Of a stretch of DNA of 64,000 bases, positions 12,845-25,335 are shown one piece after another. The stretch is from Octopus sinensis (taxonomy: Eukaryota). The translations under genes were made by a program, and so were the position numbers. The notes beneath the pieces were generated by a model. It was not told the DNA's origin, did no database searches, and was given only the letters and a program-made list of their open reading frames with translations. Numbering within the stretch: the first letter of the stretch is position 1; every line of letters begins with the position of its first letter. The stretch lies in contig NW_021834672.1 in assembly GCF_006345805.1 (NCBI RefSeq), forward strand, positions 1-64,000, written 5' to 3'.

Positions 12845-13102
12845 ATATGTATTTGCATTGGGACCCCTTTCATCGAAAACCGGTGATTGTCGTGCGCTGA
12901 TGACGGGTCAATACCCAGAAACTCGAGTCCGTGCGTATCACGTAGGTTGACGATGGGAAGGATGGCTTCCCTTTGCAAATACCGATAGGACACAGAAAGT
13001 GTGTCAATATCCAGCTGGAGAAGATGTTCTCCTGGGGCTACAAGCTACAGTAACATCCACCCTTAGTGGTTAGCCATATTTAGATGGCAAATATACTTCA
13101 CA
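12845..13102 (+). mobile_element. Hammerhead-containing structured element (retrozyme-like), copy 1
   Basis: Hammerhead plus five downstream hairpins; possible low-complexity 11-bp TSD TTTTTTCCTTT at 12834-12844 and 13103-13113. Confidence 0.7.
12883..12941 (+). ncRNA. Type I hammerhead ribozyme with intact core
   Basis: GUGAU-UGU-CGUGCG / CUGAUGA (12897-12903) / C-GGGU-CAAU-ACCC-A / GAAA (12918-12921) / C-UCGA-GUC, cleavage after 12929 / CGUGCG-U-AUCAC; helix III palindrome ACUCGAGU. Confidence 0.88.
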
Positions 13103-13690
13103 TTTTTTCCTTTGTTATTGTTTTGTGTATTATCGAAGCACTTGACGCGGTGTGGTATAGAGGGTTCCTCCATAATCTGACCTCTTATGGTATATATATA
13201 TTGTAGAGTCTTTTCTACCATCAAATCATTTCTTATGGCAAAGAAGAATGAAAAATATCCCAAACACTCAGCTTTCTGACATTTGTGAAATTAATAGTGT
13301 CATGCTCCGGTGATCTAACCAATGACCGACGCCTTTTTCTTTCGTATATAAAAAAAAACTTTACCTGAGAAAGTAATAAGATAATTTATCATATTTCCTG
13401 ATGATACTGCGTTTTACAGTCGCAAGAAATTCATTTAGTTCTAAGTGCACATATTTTCAGTTAACGCTTCCTGGATCAATTTAGTTTCTTCTCTCACCTC
13501 ACCACAAGCATGAATTTTCTGACCTCCTTCCTATTTCGCTGATTATGCTTGCTTTGAAAGGAAAAAACCTGAGGTTTTAAGTTCACGCCTGATTTGAGAT
13601 AGGACATTTAAATTGCTTACGTTCACAAAGCAGCATCTAGAACGATGAACTCGTTTTATCATTCGAAACGTTCGTAACACTTGATGCTCT

Positions 13691-13841
13691 TTTATACTCT
13701 TTTACTTGTTTCAGTCATGTGACTGTGGCCATGCTGAAGCACCGCCTTGACTCGAGCAAATCGATCCCGGGACTTATTCTTTGTAAGCCTAGTACTTAAT
13801 TCATCGCTCTCTTTTGCCGAACCGCTAACTTACGGGGACGT

Positions 13842-13892
<51 letters not shown>

Positions 13893-14056
13893 GACGGGCT
13901 TCTTTCAGCTTCCGTCTACCAAATACCCTCACAAGATTTTGGTCGGCCCGAGACTATAGTAGAAGACACTTGCCCAAGGTCCCACGCAGTGGACCTGAAC
14001 CCCGGAACCCTCTGTTTCGTAAGCAAGCTACTTACCGCACAGCCACTCCTACGCCT
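13691..14056 (-). mobile_element. SINE-C (tRNA head, central domain, internal (TA)n, LINE-like tail)
   Basis: Head AGGCGTAGGAGTGGCTGTG, central CTTGGGCAAGTGTCTTCTACTATAG and tail GGTGCTTCAGCATGGCC..TGACTGAAACAAGTAAAAGA; ATGCTCT repeated at both ends. Confidence 0.9.
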
Positions 14057-14419
14057 ATGCTCTATTGTATCTCTGAAAGTGTCAGACTCACTAAAAATTA
14101 GACTACGGTTCAAAAATCTCTTCAGGCTTCTCGAAATATTTACTCTCCACACATGATAAAATGGAATCAGTGACGTAGTCTATTTGATAATGTACTGTTT
14201 TTGTCACTTCGATATCTCCATCATGATTGAAATGCTGCAAATCTGGTCCTTTAGAAGACGCTCAGCTAAACGAGATTCATTTCCTGATAACATCAGTTCA
14301 GGAAGTTATCTTCAGAATGATGTGCGTTAAATTTCGGGAATTGCATGTGGACTTCCTAAATACCTCACAGATATGTTCCAAGATCCTGCACACATTTTTT
14401 GTGCTTTCCTTCGTATGTG

Positions 14420-14466
<47 letters not shown>

Positions 14467-14959
14467 TGTGTGTGTTCTTGAGATGGGGTCTTTTTTGGGG
14501 TGGGGTGGGGTGGGTGGTTTAAGAGCAGCTGAATTGATGAATAACTTGTAGCCCCTTCGTTTTCCTGCAGAACTGATTTGCACTTTTTCAAATTTAAGAC
14601 TTAACTAATACCTTCCCTGATATTGGTTTCATTTCAATATTTTCATCGACTCTATTACCGCCTCATTTTATTTAATTTTACCAGCTCCTTTAGTGTCACC
14701 TCAGTTCTTTTATCGCATTTTTTATTACCATCTCATTATTTGTATTCCAATTAAATATTTTATCCATTATTTTCTTACCGTCCAGAACTTGCTATCTTTA
14801 AATATGCATGTACATATGCGTATGTGTATATAATCCCATATATATAATCCCTAAGTTATCTCTGGCATTTGTTTGGTGGGATTTTGAGTAAAAATTATGG
14901 AAAATATTTTCTCTTGGATTTTTTCCTCATCAGATTCATAAACGAATAGATGACTTAAG

Positions 14960-17050
14960 ATCCAACAGCATTGGAAATGTAGTAAATAAGTTAGAACATA
15001 TCCAATGCTAACCATACAAGTCGCCATCAACTTATTGTTTCAGATGTTAAAATTTGTCTTAGTAGCAATAAAAAAAAATAAGAACACCAAGAAGATTTTT
15101 ATAAACATTTCAAAAGAATATAATGTTGAAATTAAAAGAAAAATAAGACTTGAACAAATTTTAGCAATGTAAAGAAGAAAACCACCCGCAAGAAATGTGG
15201 AATAAAGCTAAAATTGTGATTTTGGAAGTAGCAGAAAAAATATTTCCATAGAAAACGAAAAAAAAACATGAAGTGGATATAACAGACGAGACATGAGATA
15301 AAGTTAAAGAAAGGAGATCAGTAAAAAAAACACTGTTATGACATCATCTGAATCTAAAGAACGATATCAACAGCTGAGCCATGAAATTCAAACCACGATG
15401 AAAAAAAGACGATCAGGAAAATATCAACAAATTTTGTGATGAGATTGAAACAAATTCAATAACAAATATTACTAAAGATCTTTACAAAGCATTGAAGCTA
15501 ATAACCAGAACATTTTTACCAAGAAATTGTGATATCAAAGAAAAAGATTGTAATGTGCTTTATGAAGGGAGCGGCATAAAGAAAATTTGGAAAGAATACC
15601 AGCACAACTTATACAAGAAGACACCAGATGTGAATCAAACTGAAAATAGTGAAAATGATCAAAGTCAAAATCGAGTTACAGAAACGGAATCTCCGTCGTT
15701 AATGTCTAAAGTAAAAAGAATATAAAAAAGTCCGAAAAACTACAAAATCCTGGAACAAATGACATAGCAGCAAAACTTTGGGAAAATGGTAAAGAAACCT
15801 CGGTGAAATTATTATAATACAAGTGCACTAAAATGTGGAATTCAAATTTTTAATTCATTCGGAAAAAAATGATGGGATATAATTCGAGGTAAGAAAACAA
15901 TAGTGCAATTGCCCTAATAAATCATGGTGAGAAAAAATTTTTTATATAAAATCATTATGCTAGAATTGAAATGAAATATAAATCAGAAATAGCTGATATA
16001 GTTGGTTTTATAGATATAGTTGGTTTTGGAACTAGGAAAAGAACGAGATTTTCTAAATTTAACGCAAAGATAGTTTTTCTGAGAACTACAGAGCATAATG
16101 AAGAATTATTTATTGCTTTTATTGACTATCAAAAAGCTTTTGACACAGTTATTCATGACAAATTATGTTCAGTGACAGTAGAAACGAGGTTTCGGCAACA
16201 TGTTATAGAATTATTAAAATTACTTTATTCTCAGTTAACAGCAACTGTCGAAGTAAAGCGGGTTTCACGAGTGTGGTTAGAGATTGAGTGAAGTATAGAC
16301 AGCAAGGATGCATTCTTTCTCCTTCTCTGTTTAACTTCTCAGCAGAAAGTGTAAAGAGGACAGCTTTATATGTTTTCTAAGATATACTTCAAATCGGTGG
16401 AAGAATTGTCAACAATCTCAGATATACCAATGATACTGTCTTTATTTTCGGCAACCTAGAAGACTTGAAGATTTTGACAAAATTAAACGGATGATTATCA
16501 CAAAAGCATATAATCGAAATAATTCTATTATAATAAATAATAAAACTGTCAAAGTGGAGTATGAAATTAAATTGCAGTACACTTTTGCTATTCCCAGTAG
16601 CAAATGTATGCAACTGAAGTGGATGCACATGGCCTAGTGGTTAGAGCAGCGAACTCGCGGTCGAGGGATCGCAGGTTTGAATTTCAGACCGGGCGGTGTG
16701 TGTGTGTTTATGAGCGAAATAACCTAAGCCCCACGCGGCTCCGGCAGAAGGTAATGGCGAACTTCTGCTGACTCTATCGCCACAACTTTCTCTCACTCTT
16801 TCCTCCTGCATCTTGCAGCTCACCTGCGACGGACAGGCGTCCCATCCATGTGGAGAACCTATACGCCAAGGAAACCGGGAAACCGGCCCTTATGAGCCAG
16901 GCGTGGCTCGAGAAGAAACAAAAAAAATGTATGGAACTGAATACTGGACTCTTAAAAATAGTTGATAGAAAAAGATAGGTTGCTTCCAAGTTTGTCGTTT
17001 GTCATGAAGGAACAGCTGGATAGAAAAGGAAAACTTTGTATGTGTTGGAT
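14960..17050 (+). mobile_element. Decayed RTE-clade LINE (endonuclease end, linker, reverse transcriptase)
   Basis: HQLIVSDVK, KWI.DETWDKVKERR, IKKIWKEYQHNLY, FIDYQKAFDTVIH, RQGCILSPSLFN, LRYTNDTVL (YADD equivalent) and YGTEYWTLK; many stops. Confidence 0.85.
16619..16924 (+). mobile_element. Full SINE-B nested in the RTE
   Basis: 17-bp TSD AAATGTATG(C/G)AACTGAA at 16602-16618 and 16925-16941. Confidence 0.92.
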
Positions 17051-17299
17051 CAAATTGGAATCGATTAGAGCCTTTTAAAAGAACAGGATAAGCTTCTGGT
17101 TGGTTCAGGCCGAAACAAATTCTGTTATCAATAGTTCCACACACCTGGAATAGTTCTCCCCATTCATTTGACCTGAAGTACCATTGGCCTCGAGAGATAG
17201 CGATGATGCTTAATGTATGGATACTGTGTTATTTACTGCGTGGATGTGCATTGAAAAAACGCGATAAGGCAGGCAATATGATAGGTCAGATAGAGTTGA

Positions 17300-17724
17300 T
17301 AAGGCGGCGAGCTGGCAGAAACGTTAGGACGCCGGGCGAAATGCGTAGCCGTATTTCGTCTGCCGTTACGTTCTGAGTTCAAATTCCGCCGAGGTCGACT
17401 TTGCCTTCCATCCTTTCGGGGTCGATAAATTAAGTACCAGTAACGCACTGGGGGCGATGTAAACGACTTAATACCTATGTCTGTCCTTGTTTGTCCCTTC
17501 TGTGTTTAGCCCTTTGTGGGTAATAAAGAAATAGGTATTTCGGCTGCCGTTACGTTCTGAGTTCAAATTCCGCCGAGGTTGACTTTGCCTTTCATCCTTT
17601 CGGGGTCGATAAATTAAGTATCAGTTACGCATTGGGGTCGATGTATTCAACTTAATCCCTTTGTCTGTCCTTCTTTGTCCCCTCTACGTTTAGCCCCTTG
17701 TGGGCAATAAAGAAATAAGGTTCA
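17300..17724 (+). mobile_element. SINE-A dimer
   Basis: Two tandem modules joined by AAAGAAATAGGTATTTCG; one 10-bp TSD ATAGAGTTGA at 17290-17299 and 17725-17734. Confidence 0.92.
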
Positions 17725-18499
17725 ATAGAGTTGAGCTTGACGGTGATGAAGATATTTCGAGTATCCCAATGTCGGTCTAGGATGCGTGCAAAGGATAAAA
17801 TTAACTGATGATGAGAGTTAAAGATTGCGAAAGATTTTAGTTTCCGTTCCGATGGCATCAGTTTCGGAAGAAGAGGGCCAAGAATAGTTGTATCTGAATG
17901 GAGATATATATCTTCAATGAAGAAGAGATGTGGTCAAAGAATTGTTAGTAATCGGAGAGGTGTGAAGAGCAGAGAATAAACAAATGCTTTTGGAGAAGTG
18001 GGCAGAAAGTGTTTGAGGAGAATTAACTGAAGATCTGTTTCTAAAATCTCAGATGAAAGATAAGCCAAACTTATTCTCACCTAGAGAGTGGAGCCGAGAT
18101 ATGGCAGATATAACTTTTCAAATTGAAGTTTGAGTATACAGTGCAGCCTGGAAAGTGGAAATCAATTATACATGAGGACTGAGGAAATGGTACCTTTCCT
18201 CTAAACATCAATGATCCATTTGCAATCACCTGCTACATCACCAACCTACACAAACAACCTAGGCATCTTACACCAAACATCTAGACTTCCAAAACATCTG
18301 ACACATAGTAATTTTGCTAAATATATATAAACGACAGAGATAATATTTATTCCCTCCTAAATGTTCTTTTCCCACTTGGATGTTCTTTAAGAACAAACTA
18401 TACTGCGGTAGTTAGCCCGAGAGAAATCTCATATTGGCTTTTGGTGTAAAATAAACACTTGTTTATAACACCACCAGGGGAGATGAACCCTACCACCAC

Positions 18500-18620
18500 T
18501 AGACCGATAGAATAAGTACTAGGCTTACAAAGAATAAATTCTGGGGTCGATTTGTTCGATTAAAGGTGGTGCTCCAGCATAGCTCAAGTCAAATGACTGA
18601 AACAAATAAAAGAATAAATG
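18500..18620 (+). mobile_element. SINE-C 3' fragment
   Basis: GACCGATAGAATAAGTACTAGGCTTACAAAGAAT..TGACTGAAACAAATAAAAGAAT. Confidence 0.85.
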
Positions 18621-18839
18621 AATATATATATATATATTTACAAGTAACTATGCATGATGTGTATGTATATAAAAATATACATACATACATACATACATAC
18701 ATGCATACATACATACATACAAGCGCGTGTACGCACACATTTTTCTCCTATTTTCTGAATTTTCAATAGATTCATATCGTGTTTTTTACGAATTAATTAT
18801 ATAGAGACATTTCATTATAATCTCTTTGACTATTCTCAT

Positions 18840-19124
18840 TTTACCTTACATATAATAACTCAACAACTACTGCTGCTGCTACTGCTACTGCTAGTACTAC
18901 TGCTGCTGCTGCAACAAGTACCAGTACAACCTCTATCATCCCGACCATTGCTGAAGGCACCATAATCACCGACACCACCATCATCACCATCGCCACTACA
19001 CCTGTAGCCATTAGCAACGGCACAACGTAAACAATAGCAACAACAGCAACCACCATCACCACTGTTACAAATACAATTAGCACATCTACTACAACCAATA
19101 CCATAACAACTACTACGACTACTT

Positions 19125-19155
<31 letters not shown>

Positions 19156-19507
19156 AACAAATACCGTTCATAATTATCACATTCACTTGTACTACAACCT
19201 ATACTGCTATCTCTCCGTCATCACTACTGCATCTACTCTTGTCACCACAGCTACTACTATCTCCGCAACTACAAATCTCACTAGCACCACCACTGCAGCA
19301 ATTATCATTAGCAGCTTTACAACTACGAAATCCACCACCAAAACAACAATATCTACTAACATTACTACCACCACTACCACTACCACTGCTACGTTGTTAA
19401 CAATACTTAATACCAATACGACTACAACTTTCATTACAATTAATAGTAAGTAGTATCAGTAGTAGCAGTAGTAACAGCAGCAGCAGCAGTAGTGGTAGTA
19501 GTAGTAT

Positions 19508-19549
<42 letters not shown>

Positions 19550-19684
19550 CAGCAGCAGCAACAGAAGCAGTAGTAGTAGTAGTAGTAGTAGTAGTTGTAG
19601 TAGTTGCTGCCGTCGATGTTGTTGTCGAGCAACATCAATAAATAATAAATTATGATAATGATAATAATAATAATAATAATAATA

Positions 19685-19720
<36 letters not shown>

Positions 19721-19865
19721 GTTGTTGTTATCATCATCATTATTAAAATAAGTAATCTCGATGGTAATTATTATTATCATTATTATTATTATTACTATTA
19801 TTATTATAATTATCTCTATTATCATTATTATCTCTATTATTATTATCATTATTATTATCTTTATC

Positions 19866-19927
<62 letters not shown>

Positions 19928-19990
19928 CATTATTATCATTATTATTAACAAGTAATGATGATGGACTGCAACGATGAGAGCAACAACAAC
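18840..19990. repeat. Compound trinucleotide field (ACT/CAC/AAC, TAG/CAG, AAT/ATT/ATC)
   Basis: Direct inspection. Confidence 0.93.
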
Positions 19991-20459
19991 AACAACCTCA
20001 ATGAACATCGAACAGCGAATAACAACAGCAACATTGATAAAATTCATACCAACCCCCACCCCCAACACACACCGCAATAATAACAAGTGGCGTTTCTTCT
20101 TTTCCACTCACAAATTACACCATTTTTCTTTTATTATTTTCTCCATCTTTGATTTTGAATTTCAAATTTTATTTCTAACAATTTTTTTCTTATTTTAAAA
20201 TTTTTTATTGTCTTTATTTTGTTTTATTTTGTTTTGTTTTTAATCGATGTTGTTGTTTTGATCTTGCTTTGTTGTTTTTTTCCAGTACGTTCCTATTCTG
20301 TTCTTTTTACTTGAAACAAATATCTCACAAGACATTTCACTAGCAAACTTTTACTCTGTAGTTGCTACACCTGTTATTTCAAGACCGTATCTGCTGCTAT
20401 TATCTCTCTTTGTCATTTCCCCCCTCCCGCCCCACCCCTCTCACTCTCTCTCTCTCAAG

Positions 20460-20558
20460 CTCTTTCTCTATCTATCTATCTATCTCTATCAATTTATCTA
20501 CGTCTCTGTTACTTTTCCTCTCTTTTCGCTGTTTATGTATATGTTGGTATATAAATAC

Positions 20559-20650
<92 letters not shown>

Positions 20651-20831
20651 CTAGATAGATAGATAGATAGCTATATATATATATGTATATGCTATGTATA
20701 TATATACATATTATAATGTATATAAATACGCACATATATATATACATATATATATATCTACATATATATATACATATACCTATGTATGTGTATATATAAG
20801 TATATATATTAAATATGCATATATATATATG

Positions 20832-20885
<54 letters not shown>

Positions 20886-21046
20886 CATATAGACATACTA
20901 TTCATGAATGTATTGCATATATAAATATTCATATATATGTGCCTGTGTGTGTTTGTGTGTGTACATGCATGCACATGTATATACATGTATACATATGTAT
21001 ATGTAATATATATGTGTGTGTATACATGTATATACATATATAGATA

Positions 21047-21091
<45 letters not shown>

Positions 21092-21128
21092 GTATGTATA
21101 TATATGTGTGTGGTGTGTGTGTGTGTGT

Positions 21129-21209
<81 letters not shown>

Positions 21210-21370
21210 CTATATATATAATGTATATGCTATGTATATATATACATATTATAATGTATATAAATACGCACATATATATATACATATATATATATCTACA
21301 TATATATATACATATACCTATGTATGTGTATATATAAGTATATATATTAAATATGCATATATATAATATG

Positions 21371-21406
<36 letters not shown>

Positions 21407-21582
21407 TATAATATATATATACATATAGACATACATATTCATGAATGTATTGCATATATAAATATTCATATATATGTGCCTGTGTGTGTTTGTGTGTGTA
21501 CATGCATGCACATGTATATACATGTATACATATGTATATGTATATATATGTGTGTGTATACATGTATATACATATATAGATA

Positions 21583-21627
<45 letters not shown>

Positions 21628-21740
21628 GTATGTATATATATGTGTGTGTGTGTCTATGTGTGTATACATGTAAATATATATGCACAGGTATATGTGTCTG
21701 TGTGTTTGTGTGTGTGTGTGTGTGCGTGTATGCACACACA
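20460..21740. repeat. Composite (TG)/(GATA)/(TA) microsatellite with a ~537-bp tandem duplication
   Basis: Unique marker TTCATGAATGTATTGCATATATAAATATTC at 20901 and 21438. Confidence 0.92.
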
Positions 21741-21984
21741 CGTATATAAGATTCGCTCTTTTTCCCCAATTCCACTTATTGCATAAATACACATTACTTA
21801 ATTTTAAAAGTTGTTGATTTAGCTATGGTTATTAGCGTTTTCTTTTAATAATATTTTTTCTCTATGCGTTTCTTGTAGCAGATTTTTTTAAAGTTCTTGA
21901 TAGCATTTAGTTTGCTGTTTTTGTAGCTTTCGCAATTAATTTTTGTTATTGGGTGGTGAAAATGAGAGAATAGGATAATGATGA

Positions 21985-22172
21985 CGTTGGTGATGGCGGC
22001 GGCGTTGGTGGTGGTGGTGGTGGTGGTGGTGGTGGTGGTGGTGGTGGTGGTGGTGGTAGTGGTGGTGGTAGTGGTGGTGGTGGTGTTGGTGGTGGTGTTG
22101 GTGGTGGTGGTGGTCGTGGTGGTGGTCGTGGTGGTGGTCGTGGTGGTAGTGGTGGTGGTGGTCGTGGTGGTG
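21985..22172. repeat. (GGT)n array
   Basis: Direct inspection. Confidence 0.95.
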
Positions 22173-22367
22173 GTTTCCATTGTTACTGGTTGCATTGTAA
22201 TTTATTTTTCTCGATTTCTTTTCTTCTTTAATATTATGTGTTCGAAAATGTCACAAAGCTAAAACATACAGCTTCGACTTTGCAACCAACCAACCAACCG
22301 ATCTACCTGCCTGCCTTCCACTACCAACTGTACCTATATATCTACACATGTGTGTGTATACATACAT

Positions 22368-22369
<2 letters not shown>

Positions 22370-22401
<32 letters not shown>

Positions 22402-22568
22402 ACTTTTGTCTGTCTACCTGCCAACCTACTTACCTATCGTTAAAGTTCTTCAATTTAAATCGAAATTATATCAATTACTGATTTTTATGTGTGTGAATAT
22501 ATATAATATATATATATATTATATATATATATAATCACACATATGTATGTTGCGAGTGCGTGTATGTA

Positions 22569-22625
<57 letters not shown>

Positions 22626-22674
22626 GTGTGTTGTGTGTATCATATGCATATGTATAAGTATATCCACTTATATT

Positions 22675-22716
<42 letters not shown>

Positions 22717-22999
22717 TGCATACATATACATATACATATATATATTATACATATATATATATTGTACGTATGCACGTTTCATATGTGAGTGGAATGGCTT
22801 ATAATTTTCATATCATGTCTATTGATGAGGATGTGGAAGAGGAGGAGGAGGAGGAAGTGGACGACGACTACAACGAAAACCACCTCGTTTGCGGCGGCGG
22901 TGGCGACGGCAGTATCAATGCAAGAGATGACGTTCGCCGTTTCATCTTTGGAGTAACAAGAAAAAAATCCCCAAACAACAAATACACATATATACACAC

Positions 23000-23031
<32 letters not shown>

Positions 23032-23069
23032 GTACATGTGTGTATGTATGCATGCATCTATGTATATAT

Positions 23070-23135
<66 letters not shown>

Positions 23136-23467
23136 TATATATATATATTTATATTTATATACATATATATATGGATGGATGGATGGATGGACGTGTATAT
23201 ATATATATATATAGTATATATATATATATATATATATCACAAGATATATTGAATTTCATGAATTCTATAGTAATAATAGAAATTGGTGGTTCGTGGTGAA
23301 GAATCTTTTTAGAAATTGCAGCTTGACAACTTGTATGTGAATTGTGAATTTTATTAGTGAAAGATCTTAGAAATAATTTATTTAATGATTCATAGAATAT
23401 CCAAACTACTTGAGATTTTTCAATAAGTTATGATTCACTGAAACCGCCGCATATACTCTCGCACATG

Positions 23468-23515
<48 letters not shown>

Positions 23516-23825
23516 CATAGGCATATATTGTTTGTTAAATGGTTTGTGTGTTTTGCGTTTTTCTTATGTTGTTTTTCTGGTTGCGGGGATTTTCTTTGAG
23601 AATATCATGTTTGTGTGTGCGCACGTGCGATGATATGCACACGTGTGTGTGTGTGTGTGCGTGTGCGTTTCGTGTGAAAGATGTAACATTTGTTGTAAAT
23701 GGGGTTTTCACCATGCGTCCCAATATATATGTGTATATATATGTATATACATCTATCTATCTATATATACGCATACACATATACGTATATACATATATAC
23801 AATATATATGACTATATATACATAT

Positions 23826-23879
<54 letters not shown>

Positions 23880-23930
23880 ATATATATTATATATTATTAT
23901 ATATATATATAATATATATATATATATATA
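22370..23930. repeat. (TA)n-dominated microsatellite fields
   Basis: Direct inspection. Confidence 0.9.
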
Positions 23931-23935
23931 ACACA

Positions 23936-24382
23936 TGGAATACATAAAATGGGATAAGAACGCAAAACATCCAGACAGATGACACAAGAAAGGGACAAGA
24001 AAAAACAAGGATGGGTTATTAGGAACTTCCTTTCCTCAGTCGAGTTCCAGGTTATCTTTGCAATTTCGGCTAGTTATGCTCGAGATTGCTCCAATCTGGC
24101 CAACCCCAAGTAAAAACTAAGCTAAGAGCACAAGATTCCTTGGAAGAAAGCAGCGAATGTATACGAAAACAAGGATAAGCTATCTAGTGGTCTTAGCTTA
24201 ATTTTTTCCTTGGGGTTGGCCAGATTGGAGCAACCTCGAGTATAACCAGCCGAAATTGCAAACATAATTTGGAATTCGACTGAGGAAAGAAAACTCCGAA
24301 TGACCCATCCTTGTTTTTCTTGTCCCTTTTTTGTATCATCTGTCTGGATGTTTTGCGTTCTTGTCCCATTGTTGTATTCCGT
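23936..24382. mobile_element. Fold-back (palindromic) element in (TA)n, possibly PLE-derived
   Basis: Arms about 23936-24131 and 24187-24382 are imperfect reverse complements around a 55-nt spacer. Confidence 0.85.
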
Positions 24383-24433
24383 TTATATACATATGGCGGC
24401 GTACGTACACTTTGGACTCTACATATATATATA

Positions 24434-24510
<77 letters not shown>

Positions 24511-24821
24511 TATAGATAGATATTTTATATATATATATATAAATTTTATTATGTCTGGGGAAAGCCATTCTCTTTTTTAGTGCGTTATTATTTAAAAAAC
24601 CGATTCGATTTACACTCATTTAGTTATTATTTAGAAAAAATAAATAACTAAAAGAGTAGAAATCGAACCGGTGAGTGTGTTAAAAAATTAGGTACTAAAA
24701 GAGAATAAAATATGCTTCAACACACGAATTTACATAAAGAATCCTGCAAACAAAATAAAAAACATGAAATATATAGATATATATGTGTAATAATGTGTAT
24801 AATATATATTATATATATATA

Positions 24822-24875
<54 letters not shown>

Positions 24876-24954
24876 TGTATGTATGTATACATATACATGT
24901 ACATATACATTATATATATATATATATACACATATACATATATATATGTGTGTT

Positions 24955-25200
24955 CTCTTAAATCTTTTATTTGTTTCAGTCATTTGACTGCGGCCGTGCT
25001 GGTGCACCGACTTTAGTCGAACAAACCGATCCCATGCCTTATTCTTTGTAAAGCTAGCACTTACTCTATCGGTCTTTTTTGCCGAACCGCTAACTTACGG
25101 AAACGCAAATGCATATGTAAACAACACCCGACGTAAACATCATCTGTCAAGCGATGGTGATGGGACAAACACATACACACAAACATATACGTATATATAT

Positions 25201-25234
<34 letters not shown>

Positions 25235-25245
25235 ATATATATATA

Positions 25246-25279
<34 letters not shown>

Positions 25280-25335
25280 TACTACGGGCTTATTTCAGTT
25301 TCCGTCTACCAATCCTCTCATAAGGCTTTAGTCAG
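24955..25335 (-). mobile_element. SINE-C, 5'-truncated
   Basis: TTTGTTTCAGTCATTTGACTGCGGCC tail, internal (TA)n and TTTCAGTTTCCGTCTACC central part. Confidence 0.85.

Noticed and set aside
13025-13075. Twister-like reading of GGGCTACAAGC..TAAC in the 3' domain of hammerhead element 1
   Set aside because: The pseudoknot partners are missing and the motif is not kept in copy 2
17740-18200. Possible decayed CR1/L2 LINE fragment on the minus strand
   Set aside because: No diagnostic motif is recoverable by eye
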